Position numbers and translations under genes: made by a program
From: Octopus sinensis
Taxonomy: Eukaryota
Direction: 5' to 3'
Length of the DNA: 64,000 nucleotides
Assembly (NCBI RefSeq): GCF_006345805.1
Contig: NC_043016.1
Location: 6,882,001 to 6,946,000, forward strand
Notes under the pieces: model-generated
Told to the model about the DNA's origin: nothing
Database searches by the model: none
Seen by the model: only the letters and a program-made list of their open reading frames with translations
Shown: positions 24,700-37,529 of the stretch, one piece after another
Position numbering within the stretch: the stretch's first letter is position 1
Layout: each line of letters opens with the position of its first letter

Positions 24700-27600
24700 T
24701 GCCACCCCCGTCTCGTATCGTGCTCGTTTAGAGGCTGTCACCACCCACGTCAACCATTGTGCTCATCATCGGGATACCGCCACTTCCGTCAAATATCGTA
24801 CTCACCATCAGGCTGCATTCACACCCGTCAATCATCGCACTCACCATCGGGCTGCCTTCACTCCCGTCAACCATCGCACTCACCATCAGGCTGCCTTCAC
24901 ACCCGTCAATCATCGCACTCACCATCAGGCTGCCTTCACTCCCCTCAACCATCGCACTCACCATCAGGCTGCCTTCACACCCGTCAATCATCGCACTCAC
25001 CATCAGGCTGCCTTCACTCCCGTCAACCATCGCACTCACCATCAGGCTGCCTTCACACCCGTCAATCATCGCACTCACCATCAGGCTGCCTTCACACCCG
25101 TCAATCATCGCACTCACCATCAGGCTGCCTTCACACCCGTCAATCATCGCACTCACCATCAGGCTGCCTTCACACCCGTCAATCATCGCACTCACCATCA
25201 GGCTGCCTTCACTCCCGTCAACCATCGCACTCACCATCAGGCTGCCTTCACACCCGTCAATCATCGCACTCACCATCAGGCTGCCTTCACACCCGTCAAT
25301 CATCGCACTCACCATCAGGCTGCCTTCACTCCCGTCAATCATCGCACTCACCATCAGACTGCCTTCACTCCCCTCAACCATCGCACTCACCATCAGGCTG
25401 CCTTCACTCCCGTCAATCATCGCACTCACCATCAGGCTGCCTTCACTCCCGTCAATCATCGCACTCACCATCAGGCTGCCTTCACACCCGTCAATCATCG
25501 CACTCACCATCAGGCTGCCTTCACACCCGTCAATCATCGCACTCACCGTCAGGCTGCCTTCACTCCCGTCAACCATCGCACTCACCATCAGGCTGCCTTC
25601 ACTCCCGTCAACCATCGCACTCACAATCAGGCTGTCTTCACACCCGTCAATCATCGCACTCACCATCAGGCTGCCTTCACTCCCGTCAACCATCGCACTC
25701 ACCATCAGGCTGCCTTCACTCCCGTCAACCATCGCACTCACAATCAGGCTGCTTTCTATCCCGTCAACCATCGCACTCACCATCAGGCTGCCTTCACTCC
25801 CGTCAATCATCGCACTCACCATCAGGCTGCCTTCACTCCCGTCGCCCATTGCACTCACCATCAGGCTGCCTTCACTCCCGTCAACCATCGCACTCACCAT
25901 CAGGCTGCCTTCACTCCCGTCAACCATCGCACTCACCATCAGGCTGCCTTCACTCCCGTCAACCATCGCACTCACCATCAGGCTGCCTTCACTCCCGTCA
26001 ACCATCGCAATCACCATCAGGCTGCCTTCACTCCCGTCAACCATCGCACTCACCATCAGGCTGCCTTCACTCCCGTCAACCATCGCACTCACAATCAGGC
26101 TGCCTTCACTCCCGTCGACCATCGCACTCACCATCAGGCTGCCTTCGCTCCCGTCAACAATCGCGCTCACAATCAGGCTGCCTTCACTCCGTCGACCATC
26201 GCACTCACCATCAGGCTGCCTTCACTCCCGTCAGCCATCGCACTCACCATCAGGCTGCCTTCACTCCCGTCAACAATCGCGCTCACAATCAGGCTGCCTT
26301 CACTCCCGTCGACCATCGCACTCACCATCAGGCTGCCTTCACTCCCGTCAACCATCGCACTCACCATCAGGCTGCCTTCAATCCCGTCAACCATCGCACT
26401 CACAATCAGGCTGCCTTCACTCCCGTCGACCATCACACTCACCATCAGGCTGCCTTCACTCCCGTCAACCATCGCACTCACCATCAGGCTGCCTTCACTC
26501 CCGTCAACAATCGCGCTCACAATCAGGCTGCCTTCACTCCCGTCGACCATCGCACTCACCATCAGGCTGCCTTCACTCCCGTCAACCATCGCACTCACCA
26601 TCAGGCTGCCTTCACTCCCGTCAACCATCGCACTCACCATCAGGCTGCCTTCACTCCCGTCAACCATCGCAATCACCATCAGGCTGCCTTCACTCCCGTC
26701 AACCATCGCACTCACCATCAGGCTGCCTTCACTCCCGTCAACCATCGCACTCACAATCAGGCTGCCTTCACTCCCGTCGACCATCGCACTCACCATCAGG
26801 CTGCCTTCGCTCCCGTCAACAATCGCGCTCACAATCAGGCTGCCTTCACTCCCGTCGACCATCGCACTCACCATCAGGCTGCCTTCACTCCCGTCAGCCA
26901 TCGCACTCACCATCAGGCTGCCTTCACTCCCGTCAACAATCGCGCTCACAATCAGGCTGCCTTCACTCCCGTCGACCATCGCACTCACCATCAGGCTGCC
27001 TTCACTCCCGTCAACCATCGCACTCACCATCAGGCTGCCTTCAATCCCGTCAACCATCGCACTCACAATCAGGCTGCCTTCACTCCCGTCGACCATCACA
27101 CTCACCATCAGGCTGCCTTCACTCCCGTCAACCATCGCACTCACCATCAGGCTGCCTTCACTCCCGTCAACAATCGCGCTCACAATCAGGCTGCCTTCAC
27201 TCCCGTCGACCATCGCACTCACCATCAGGCTGCCTTCACTCCCGTCAACCATCGCACTCACCATCAGGCTGCCTTCACTCCCGTCAACAATCGCGCTCAC
27301 AATCAGGCTGCCTTCACTCCCGTCGACCATCGCACTCACCATCAGGCTGCCTTCACTCCCGTCAACCATCGCACTCACCATCAGGCTGCCTTCCCTCCCG
27401 TCGACCATCGCACTCACAATCAGGCTGCCTTCACTCCCGTCGACCATCGCACTCACCATCAGGCTGCGTTCACTCCCGTCAACCATCGCACTCACCATCA
27501 GGCTGCTTTCAATCCCGTCAACCATCGCACTCACAATCAAGCTGCCTTCACTCCCGTCAACCATCGCACTCACCATCAGGCTGCCTTCAATCCCGTCAAC

Positions 27601-30600
27601 CATCGCACTCACCATCAGGATGCCTTCACTCCCGTCGACCATCGCACTCACCATCAGGCTACCTTCACTCCCGTCAACCATCACACTCACCAAAAGGACG
27701 CCACCACCCCCGTCAACCATCGCACTCGCCTTCAGGCTGCCTTCACTCCAATCGACCATCGCACTCACCGTCAGGCTGCCTTCACTCCCGTCGGCCATCG
27801 CACTCACCATCAGGCTGCCTTTACTCCCGTCGAGCATCGCACTCACCATCAGGCTGCCTTCACTCCCGTCAATCATCGCACTCACCATCAGGCTGCCTTC
27901 ACTCCCGTCAACCAACGCACTCACAATCAGGCTGTCTTCACTCCCTTCAACCATCACACTCACCATCAGGACGCCGCCACCTCCGGCGACCATCGCACTC
28001 ACCATCAGGCTGCAATCACTCCCCTCAACCATCGCACTCACCATCAGGCTGCCTTCACTCCCGTCAACCATCGCACTCACCATCAGGACTCCGCCTCCCC
28101 TGGCGACCATCGCACTCACCATCAGGCTGCCTTCACACACCTCAACCATCGTACTCACCATCAGGCTGCCTTCACTCCCCTCAACCATCGCACTCACCAT
28201 CAGGCTGCCTTCACTCCCGTTAGCCATCGCACTCACCATCAGGACGCCGCCACCCCCGGCGACCATCGCACTCACCATCAGGCTGCCTTCACTCCCCTCA
28301 ACACGTCGGCCTCGCCATCAGGCTATCTTCACTCACGTCAACCATCGCACTCACCATCAGGCTGCCTTCACTCCCGTCGCCCATTGCACTCACCATCAGG
28401 CTGCCTTTACTCCCGTCAACCATCGCACTCACCATCAGGCTGCCTTCACTCCTGTCGACCATCGCACTCACCATCAGGCTGCCTTCAGTCCCGTCGACCA
28501 TCGCACTCACCATCAGGACGCCGCCACCCCCGGCGACCATCGCACTCACCATCAGGCTGCCTTCACTCCCGTCAACCATCGCACTCACCATCAGGACGCC
28601 GCCACCCCCAACAACCATAGCACTCACCATCAGGCTGCCTTCACTCCAGTCAACCATCGCACTCACCATCAGGCTGCCTTCACTCCCGTCGCCCATTGCA
28701 CTCACTATCAGGCTGCCTTCACTCCCGTCGACCATCGCACTCACCATCAGGCTGCCTTCACTCAGGTCGACCATCGCACTCACCATCAGGACGCCGCCAC
28801 CCCCGGCGACCATCGCACTCACCATCAGGCTGCCTTCACTCCCGTCAACCATCGCACTCACCATCAGGACGCCGCCACCCCCAACAACCATAGCACTCAC
28901 CATCAGGCTGCCTTCACTCCAGTCAACCATCGCACTCACCATCAGGCTGCCTTCACTCCCGTCAACCATCGCACTCACCATCAGGCTGCCTTCACACACG
29001 TCAACCATCACACTCACCAAAAGGACGCCGCTACCCCCGTCAACCAAGCACTCACCATCAGGCTGCCTTCACTCTCGTCGACCATCGCACCCATCATCAG
29101 GCTGCCTTCACTCTCGTCGACCATCGCACTCACCATCCGGCTGCCTTCATTCTCGTCAACCATCGCACTCACCATCAGGCTGCCGCCACCCTCAACAACC
29201 ATTGCACTCACCATCAGGCTGCCTTCACTCCCGTCAACTATCGCACTCACCATCAGGCTGCCTTCACTCCCGTCGACCATCGCACTCACCATCAGCCTGA
29301 CTTCACACCCGTCAACCATCGCACTCACCATCAGGACGCCGCCACGCCCAATAACCATCGCCCTCACCATCAGGCTGCCTTCACTCCCGTCGACCATCGC
29401 ACCCATCATCAGGCTGCCCTCACTCCCGTCGACCATCGCACTCACCATCAGGCTGCCTTCACTCCCGTCAACCATCGCACTCACCATCAGGACGCCGCCA
29501 CCCCCAACAACCATCGCACTCACTCTCAGGCTGTCTTCACTCCCGTCAACTATCGCACTCGCCATCAGGCTGCCTTCACTCACGTCGACCATCGCACTCA
29601 CCAAGGCTACCTTCAATCCCGTCAACCATCGCACTCACCATCAGACTGCCTTCACTCCCGTCAACCATCGCACTCACCATCAGGCTGATTTCACTCCTGT
29701 CAACCATCGCACTCACCATCAGGCTGCCTTCACTCCCGTCGCCCATTGCACTCACCATCAGGCTGCCTTCACTCCCGTCAACCATCGCACTCACCATCAG
29801 GCTGCCTTTACTCCCGTCAACCATCGCACTCACCATCAGGCTGCCTTCACTCCTGTCGACCATCGCACTCACCATCGGGTGCCTTCACTCCCGTCAACCA
29901 TCGCACTCACCATCAGGCTGCCTTCACTCCCGTCAACCATCGCACTCACAATCAGGCTGCCTTCACTCCCGTCAACCATCGCACTCACTAAAAGACGCCA
30001 CCACCCCCGTCAACCATCGCACTCACCATCAGGCTGCCTTCACTCTCGTCGACCATCGCACTCACCATCAGGCTGCCTTCACACCCGTCAACCATCGCAC
30101 TCACCATCAGGCTGCCTTCACTCCCGTCGACCATCACACTCACCATCAGGCTGCCTTCACTCCCGTCAACCATCGCACTCACCATCAGGCTGCCTTCACT
30201 CCCGTCAACAATCGCGCTCACAATCAGGCTGCCTTCACTCCCGTCGACCATCGCACTCACCATCAGGGCCTTCACTCCCGTCAACCATCGCACTCACCAT
30301 CAGGCTGCCTTCACTCCCGTCAACAATCGCGCTCACAATCAGGCTGCCTTCACTCCCGTCGACCATCGCACTCACCATCAGGCTGCCTTCACTCCCGTCA
30401 ACCATCGCACTCACCATCAGGCTGCCTTCCCTCCCGTCGACCATCGCACTCACAATCAGGCTGCCTTCACTCCCGTCGACCATCGCACTCACCATCAGGC
30501 TGCGTTCACTCCCGTCAACCATCGCACTCACCATCAGGCTGCCTTCAATCCCGTCAACCATCGCACTCACAATCAAGCTGCCTTCACTCCCGTCAACCAT

Positions 30601-30960
30601 CGCACTCACCATCAGGCTGCCTTCAACCCGTCAACCATCGCACTCACCATCAGGATGCCTTCACTCCCGTCGACCATCGCACTCACCATCAGGCTACCTT
30701 CACTCCCGTCAACCATCACACTCACCAAAAGGACGCCACCACCCCCGTCAACCATCGCACTCGCCTTCAGGCTGCCTTCACTCCAATCGACCATCGCACT
30801 CACCGTCAGGCTGCCTTCACTCCCGTCAACCATCGCACTCACCATCAGGCTGCCTTCACTCCCGTCAACTATCGCACTCACCATCAGGCTGCCTTCACTC
30901 CCGTCAACCATCGCACTCACCATCAGGCTGCCTTCACTCCCATCGAACCATCGCACTCTT
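24700..30960. repeat. 39-bp minisatellite, about 160 units, consensus ACTCACCATCAGGCTGCCTTCACTCCCGTCAACCATCGC
   Basis: 13-aa periodicity in all ORFs; degenerate units at both edges; unit 59% GC and strongly C-skewed (18 C, 5 G). Confidence 0.97.
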
Positions 30961-31587
30961 CCCCTACCAGCCATCGTGCCTGGTTAAACATTCTTGTCGA
31001 CAATACAACGTAATAAGCAGCACCTGTCGAAGAGTTGTTAGCAGCCTCCAGCTCTGCTACGTCGCTAAACAATAAATGTACATGTTTTTTCCCTGTCAAA
31101 AATGCATTACAAGCTTACTTTCTCGGCGGCACATGCACTTTTACACACACACACGCACGCATTCACACGCACGCACACACACTTACGCACACACACACAC
31201 ACACACACCACACACACACACAGAGGCATGCTCTACCAAGCATCTAACAAACATTCCAAAATAAATATATTACAAAGAAATAATTAAAACGAATTACTGG
31301 GGCCTTGTTTTCTCCAAAGATTTTTTATTTTCTGTCCATTCTATTACAGGTAAAATTTAAACTTCAGTTAATTTCTGGAGTGCTTAAAGGGAAAATAAAG
31401 TATTTTTATAACTGTCCTGTTTTGAAACTCGTTTTCTGAATCATTATTCTGCAACCATAACACACGAAGTCCGTCGTTCACACTAGGACCCTAAACACCA
31501 ATGTGGTATTTGGTTAACTGACTCGAAATACCACATACTTCTCTACACCATCTATAGAACGAAATAACATCATATAAGGTATACGTT

Positions 31588-31857
31588 GGTTTTTTATTAC
31601 CCACAAGGGGCGAACAAACGAAATACCTACTCCTTTACTACCCACAAGGGGCTAAACAAGAGAGGACAAACAAGGACAGACAAACGGATTAAGTCGATTA
31701 CATCGACCCCAGTGCACAACTGATACTTAATTTATCGACCCCGAAAGGATGAAAGGCAAAGTTGACCTCGGCGGAACTTGAACTCACACGCAGCAGCGGA
31801 CGAAATACCCCTAAGCAGTTCGCCCGGCGTGCTAACGTTTCTGCCAGCTCGCCGCCT
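31588..31857 (-). mobile_element. Meta-like SINE followed by a short internally deleted second monomer, 18-bp TSD
   Basis: TSD TCATATAA(GG/CC)TATACGTT at 31570-31587 and 31858-31875. Confidence 0.8.
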
Positions 31858-32287
31858 TCATATAACCTATACGTTTATACGCCTTCGTATTTATGCATGC
31901 ATTCATGTATTATGAATATTATACTCTAAATAGATTACGTTTTTTATGCCTTCCGAATTTCTGCCCTATTTAAATCTCAATTATTTGAAAATGTACCTAA
32001 ATTAATCATTCAATTTGTATCTAAATCAATAATTCATTTTCTACTTGAATTGCAGTCAAATCACACACTTTTATTTTCATAGACACCATGGCTAACAACT
32101 ATAATTACTTTAAATAAAAAACATCTGTGTCAGGATATGAACGAGTGAAACTTTTGTTAGTTGTCTGTAGTTTTAATGAATTTGCCGTGCAACAATTCCC
32201 CCATCCAGCTTTTATTTTTGCGGTTGTTTATTGAAGCTCAGCTTCTGATCAAGTATCATGAAATCAACGAAAAGTAATTATTCCTAA

Positions 32288-32528
32288 GGCGTAGTGGTTA
32301 AGAACGCGGGCTACTAGCTCCAAGATTTCGAGTTCGGTTCCAGGCAGTGGCCTTAATAATAATAATGCTAATAATGATAATAATAATATCGAAAAATACC
32401 TTAGGAATGAGAACCCAGGTTCGAAATTTTCCCAAGTCACCTGATGAAGGCTGGAGGGTATATCAGCCGAAACGTTGTGTTAACAACAAACAAGATGAGG
32501 ACAAATATCCGTCAAATGTAAATAATTT
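32288..32528 (+). mobile_element. Composite element: tRNA-like head + (TAA)n + Penelope-type tail with hammerhead
   Basis: TAGTGGTTAAG (A-box-like), GAGTTCGGTTCC (B-box-like), (TAA)n 32354-32387, then CTGATGA..GAAACGTT. Confidence 0.7.
32438..32479 (+). ncRNA. Minimal type I hammerhead ribozyme with canonical core
   Basis: CAC-CTGATGA-A-GGCTG-GAGGGTATAT-CAGCC-GAAA-CG-TT-GTG: stem I CAC/GTG, stem II GGCTG/CAGCC, palindrome AACGTT in place of stem III; predicted cleavage after 32476. Confidence 0.75.
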
Positions 32529-32923
32529 TAAACGGCGGTGCATCAGCATGGCCGCAGCTCTGAGCTGAAACTAAAAAAAAAAAAAAGGTACGACAATATA
32601 TTGATATTCTGTTGTTTTTGGTAAAGGAGATTCCAAGGTGTGATAAGCTAAACTAATAAATCTAGGGCATAACTAATAGTGATAGACTTAACGTTCTACC
32701 TAGATTAATATCTCCTTACCACTGAATGTTTTTAACCGAGTTGAATTTAATGTCAGCATTACGGCTGTAAACCGTGCCTCCTACACACCTCTTTCCCTCG
32801 TTGGTATCATTTTCACCACCTATTGGCATGTCGACATGCTCACTGAGTTATCGTGTGATTATCAGCCATATCAATCTCACAATTCTGGGTAGTGGGACTT
32901 ATAGATGTAATAGAAACTGCACA

Positions 32924-33988
32924 CGAGGGTGTGCTTAAAATTTCCTGATTTTCAATGGAGGTAGGACAACTGTTTAGGACATTTGCAAAAGAATTATGAT
33001 GGTATACAATATACCTTCCTTTTTTTTTTTTTTTGCAGATTTAATGCATGATGGTTGCCTCTACAGTGGATTTTGGTAAAATTGAAGCACCGGCCGTCAT
33101 GAAGTGCCTCTTTTCGCAAGGCAAAGGAGGGGCGGAAATCCATGGCAAGATGAAGGAAATTTTGAAGGACGGCTGCCCATCTTACTCTACAGTGAAAATC
33201 TGGGTCTCGAGGTTTCGGACTGGTCATTTCGAGGCCACAGATGAACCCGGGTCAGGACAGACAACTTCCGCTACCACTGAGGACAAAGGCGACGCTGTGC
33301 ACGTCATGGTTCTCGAGGAACACCGGGTTTCGGTGAAAGTTATAGCTGAGACTCTGGGGATTTCACGCGAAAGAGTTGCCACATCACATTCTGGACATGA
33401 AAACGCCGTCTGCAAAATGGATGCTGAAATGCATGAACGCAGATCAGAAGTGCATCAGAGTGATGGCATCAAAGGCAATTTTGGAGTGGCTTGCAGAAGG
33501 AAATGCTGATTTTATGGTTCGTTTAGTCACTAAGAATGAAACTTGGCTTCATCATTATGATCTCCAAACCAAACAGCAATCAATGGGGTAGCCCCACATC
33601 AGTTCACTGCATCCCGAGAAGTTTTGGACCCAGAAATCAGCTGGAAAGAATTTGGCTTCAGTGTTCTGGGACAAAGACGGAATACTCCTCATAAAATATC
33701 TGTCTAAGGGTCGCACCATCAAATCAGAATGCTACATGTCTCTGACACCCACCTTACTCTCCTGATCTGGCCCCTTTCACCTATCACTTCTTTCCACAAC
33801 AGAAGAAATTTCACTCCGATTCGGAAGTGATCACTGCTACAGAGGCCTGTTTGAAGGCCCCACCTTCTGAGTTCTTTTTCCAGGGCTTAGAAAAACTGAA
33901 GGACCGCTGCAATAGGTGTGTGAATCAGAGAGGAATATGTTGAATAAAATCATATTTAACTGATCCTCCAGTATATTCTTTTCCCGAG
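32924..33988 (+). mobile_element. Mariner transposase pseudo-element, internally deleted, right TIR lost
   Basis: HTH region (YSTVKIWVSRFRTG), NETW.HHYD, VFWDKDGIL, HPYSPDLAP at about 33749-33775; left end CGAGGGTGTGCTTAAAA. Confidence 0.9.
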
Positions 33989-34873
33989 ATTGACTTTGCT
34001 TTTCATCCCTTTGGGGTGTTGATAAAATAATCATCACTCGAACTCTGGAGTCGATTTAATCGACGTACGCCTTTCTTCCAACTTGCTGGCCTTGTGCCAA
34101 AATTTGAAACCTATATTAACGCCTCTCCCTTCCACTCAAATTAATGGCCTTTTGCTTATATTGATTTCGATTTTTCGCACAAGGCCAGCATTTTCTCTGG
34201 TGTGCAAAGAGTTCTGATTGTTCGCCGCCTTATAAAAAAGACAAATTATTATTTCGGAATGATGGAGACGTATTTTGGTGGCAAGTGTTTTGGTCTTAGG
34301 CACTAAAACGGTTGTAGCTTGGTCAGTACATGTTAGCTATTCAGTAACACACAAAGACCGTCAACTTAACTTAAACATTCATCGTTGGTCGTACAGTGTC
34401 AAATTTTCTTCACTCGAAACTGCAACCTGTTCACTGAACAAAAAAATGTGCTGCATCTGAAAATTTTCAATTATTTTCTGCCATCAAAAATTTGCCTAAA
34501 TCAATAATACCAACGCGACCATCTTCATCACCATCCATCTACACCACCACCACCACCACCACCACCACCACCACCACCACCACCACCACCACTATCATCA
34601 ACATCATCATCATCATCATCGTCGTCATCATCCACATCACCTTCTTCAGCAACAGCAACGTTTAAAGTAATGGTCTACCACAACCTTATAATTAATACTT
34701 GGTCGACGGGAATTTTACGGAAGCCCTTCTGATAGACTGTTTTATGTTTAGAAAGCAGACTTAATCTGTTGCTTTGTCAACTAACCCGCTTCCCTCCCAC
34801 AACTTCGACTATCACCTACTCTGTTGGCTGACTTCAAATGAGTCCATTTACTTGCTAACATTCATGCCATATT

Positions 34874-35092
34874 AAGGCGGTGAGCTGGCAGAAACGTTAG
34901 CATGCCGGGCGAAATGCTTAGCAGTATTCCGTCAGTCTTTACGTTCTGAGTTTAAATTCCGCCGAGGTCGACTTTGCCTTTCATCCTTTCAGGATCGATA
35001 AGTTAGGTACCAGTTGCGTACTGTGATCGATCTAATCGACTGATTTCCCTCTTAATAATTTCGGGCCTTGTACCTAGAGTAGAAAAGAATAT
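34874..35092 (+). mobile_element. Meta-like SINE with alternative tail (GGGCCTTGTACCTAGAGTAGAAAAG)
   Basis: Same head and core as 3814, different 3' tail; related to 8530-8690. Confidence 0.8.
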
Positions 35093-35210
35093 CCATGGTA
35101 TATTTCCGGTGGGATGAAAACCAACCGGAGGATGCCTCATCCTTCCTCCTCCTCTCGGTTATGCAAAATGTTATCTCTGTTCAAGCCATTATAGAAATTG
35201 ATAATTAAAT

Positions 35211-35551
35211 GCTGAGACCCCCTTCGGTCATGAGTGACCATGGGATTGCACCTAGAAAGTTACCCTCCCAGGCACAAGTCCGGGCAAGTTTGTTTATGGA
35301 AGACCAGCAGAAACCCATGCATACCAGCCTCCCCTCTCCACGCCACCAGTGTTATCCAAGGGAAAGGCAAAGACTGATACAACTTGGCACCTGTGATGTC
35401 GCAACTCATATTTCTGCAGCTGAGTGAACTGGAGCAACGGGATATAAAGTGTCTCGCTCAAGAACACAACATGCAGCCCGGTCCGGAATTCGAACTCACA
35501 ACCTCACGATCGTAAGCTCGACGCTCTAACCACTGAGCCATGCGCCTTCAC
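35211..35551 (-). mobile_element. Full-length tRNA SINE, 11-bp TSD
   Basis: TSD GATAATTAAAT at 35200-35210 and 35552-35562; same family as 6028-6322. Confidence 0.88.
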
Positions 35552-35817
35552 GATAATTAAATAAGGATAATTATAAATAAATACATCGATAATTAAACGC
35601 ACACAAGTGGACGCCTTCCAGTCAGGTGAGTCACAGAGTCTTGACATCGACATGAAACAACCAGAGATGTTATAAAATACACCATACTATTGTTGGATAA
35701 TGTAATTAAATTCATTTGTAGACATTTTTTAATGATCTAATCTTTCTCTTTTGGGGCTAGAAACTACTTCAGCTTTGAGTCAACTAAAAAGCTTACATAA
35801 GATCCCACTTTTTTGTC

Positions 35818-35849
35818 TGTGTATGTATGTATGTATGTATGTATGTATG

Positions 35850-35880
<31 letters not shown>

Positions 35881-35983
35881 GTGTGTATGTACGTCAATCT
35901 GTCAGTCTGTCTGCCTGCCTGCATGTCTGTCTATCTGTCTGCCTGTCTGCCTGTCCTGTCTGTATGTTTGTCTGTCCGTCTGT

Positions 35984-36019
<36 letters not shown>

Positions 36020-36020
36020 A

Positions 36021-36062
<42 letters not shown>

Positions 36063-36257
36063 CCTACCTACCTACCTACCTATCTATCTATCAATCAATC
36101 TATCTATCTATCTATCCGCCTGTCTGTTTGTCTGTCTGTCTGTCTGTTTGCTTATCTATCTATTTGTCTGTCTATATATGTATGCATGTATCTATCCATC
36201 TATCTATATATCTATGTATCTATCTATCTATGTATCTATCTATCTATCTATCTATCG
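35818..36257. repeat. (TATG)n-(TCTG)n-(TCTA)n compound microsatellite
   Basis: Direct reading. Confidence 0.95.
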
Positions 36258-36559
36258 CCTTCATTGAAATTTTCGATGAGCCATACAAACCAATCTTAGC
36301 TTTCCATTTTCAAGAAATGAAGGATAACTTCCTCTCGTAGAACGAAAAATAATAAACTTATATATTACCGGAACCAAAACGAGAGCGATGTCAATTACTC
36401 TATGAAGATTAAATCTTCTTCCATTGTATCCTGCTCTGCTGATTTCCAGGAAGACAGACTTCTGGAATTCCCTTCGTGGAAACGTTATTCCCTTGTGGAA
36501 TCAGTTTACAGAAGTTGTAGTTGTTGCTGATGTTATTGTTTTAGTTCTTGTTACTGTTG

Positions 36560-36780
36560 TTGTTGTTGTTTAGCACCAGGTCACCTTTGGTCAAGCAGAT
36601 CTTTGATCAAAACTATTCCATTCCTGACCATCTCGTTTGTTTTACCCAATATTCAATGAATGTGTGACCACACTATTCAGCGTGTCTCTTTTTGAGACGT
36701 TGCGATGTGAATAGGTTGGAGATTTGGGCTGCTCTTTCTAGGAGATCATGCGAGCACGTTAGCGGTTCCCTTGTTGACTC
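36560..36780 (-). mobile_element. Old SINE-like repeat with (CAA)n tail (copies also 40660-40975 and 44420-44654)
   Basis: Shared tail GACC(T)GG(G/T)GCTAAACAACAAC and AAATAGCAGCC/AACCAAATCT motifs. Confidence 0.55.
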
Positions 36781-37529
36781 ATTCAACAGAAATATGCGAC
36801 AAGAGCAGAGCTTTGAATTAAAGTATAAGGAACCAACATAATCATAACAACAACCTCCACCACATCACACATCTTCACAAACAGCTGCTGTCGCCTTGTC
36901 ATTTCCTTATTGTCAATAGCATTTCCGGCTTTCCCTCCATGACCTCTCAGATGACCATTCACTTCTGTTGCAGATTTGCATGGTTTGAAGCATAGATGAC
37001 AGATGAAAGTTGTAACTTACTGTGTGCTTCCAACTGGTTAGGTCTGCACACGTCACTACACTTCCATGGCAATAGGGCTTTCAATAAATGGAACAACAAC
37101 TGAGGTCATCATAAAGAGATAGACGTACGTCATTGGATTATAGCCGTTATTGGATTGTACCCTTGTATAACATATGTCGTTCTTTGAGTGTCTGTGATTA
37201 GCACACAGTGACAGGTGAACGCGAAATTACCTATAATCACTGCATCTGGTAGTGGAGACCTTGTTCAGGAATTCCATGGTTGAGGTGTGTGGCACCACCT
37301 CTTAGCCATTGTTGTTCTCATGTCTAAACTGATCCGGAATTATAGCACCTGTCAGGATCCCAACAATGGCTTAATTAACAAATGTGATGACAATCTCTCT
37401 TAGTGTGCGGACGCAATAATACCTTTGGTTGGTGACAGGACGCACAATAAAACCACCGGATGTAAGGGGTCCCTAGCTGTTGTTACAACATCCTTCTAGG
37501 AAAGGGACACTGTGTAAAACCTGAAGCTA

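Noticed and set aside
24700-30960. CRISPR-like array
   Set aside because: Units are contiguous with no unique spacers; eukaryotic context; no cas genes.
24659-31075. 2138-aa ORF and the overlapping 1307-, 1154-, 701- and 480-aa ORFs as annotated genes
   Set aside because: The 39-bp unit has no stop in four of six frames, so long ORFs are expected. The longest ORF drifts between three unrelated repeat peptides at indels and starts at TTG. Kept only as a hypothesis in findings.
33048-33509. SETMAR-like domesticated gene
   Set aside because: Frameshifted, with stops and an internal deletion; no SET domain; bounded by a TIR.
36800-37490. Complex 700-bp stretch as a possible exon
   Set aside because: No sustained open frame or recognisable motif on either strand; it may be an unrecognised element UTR.
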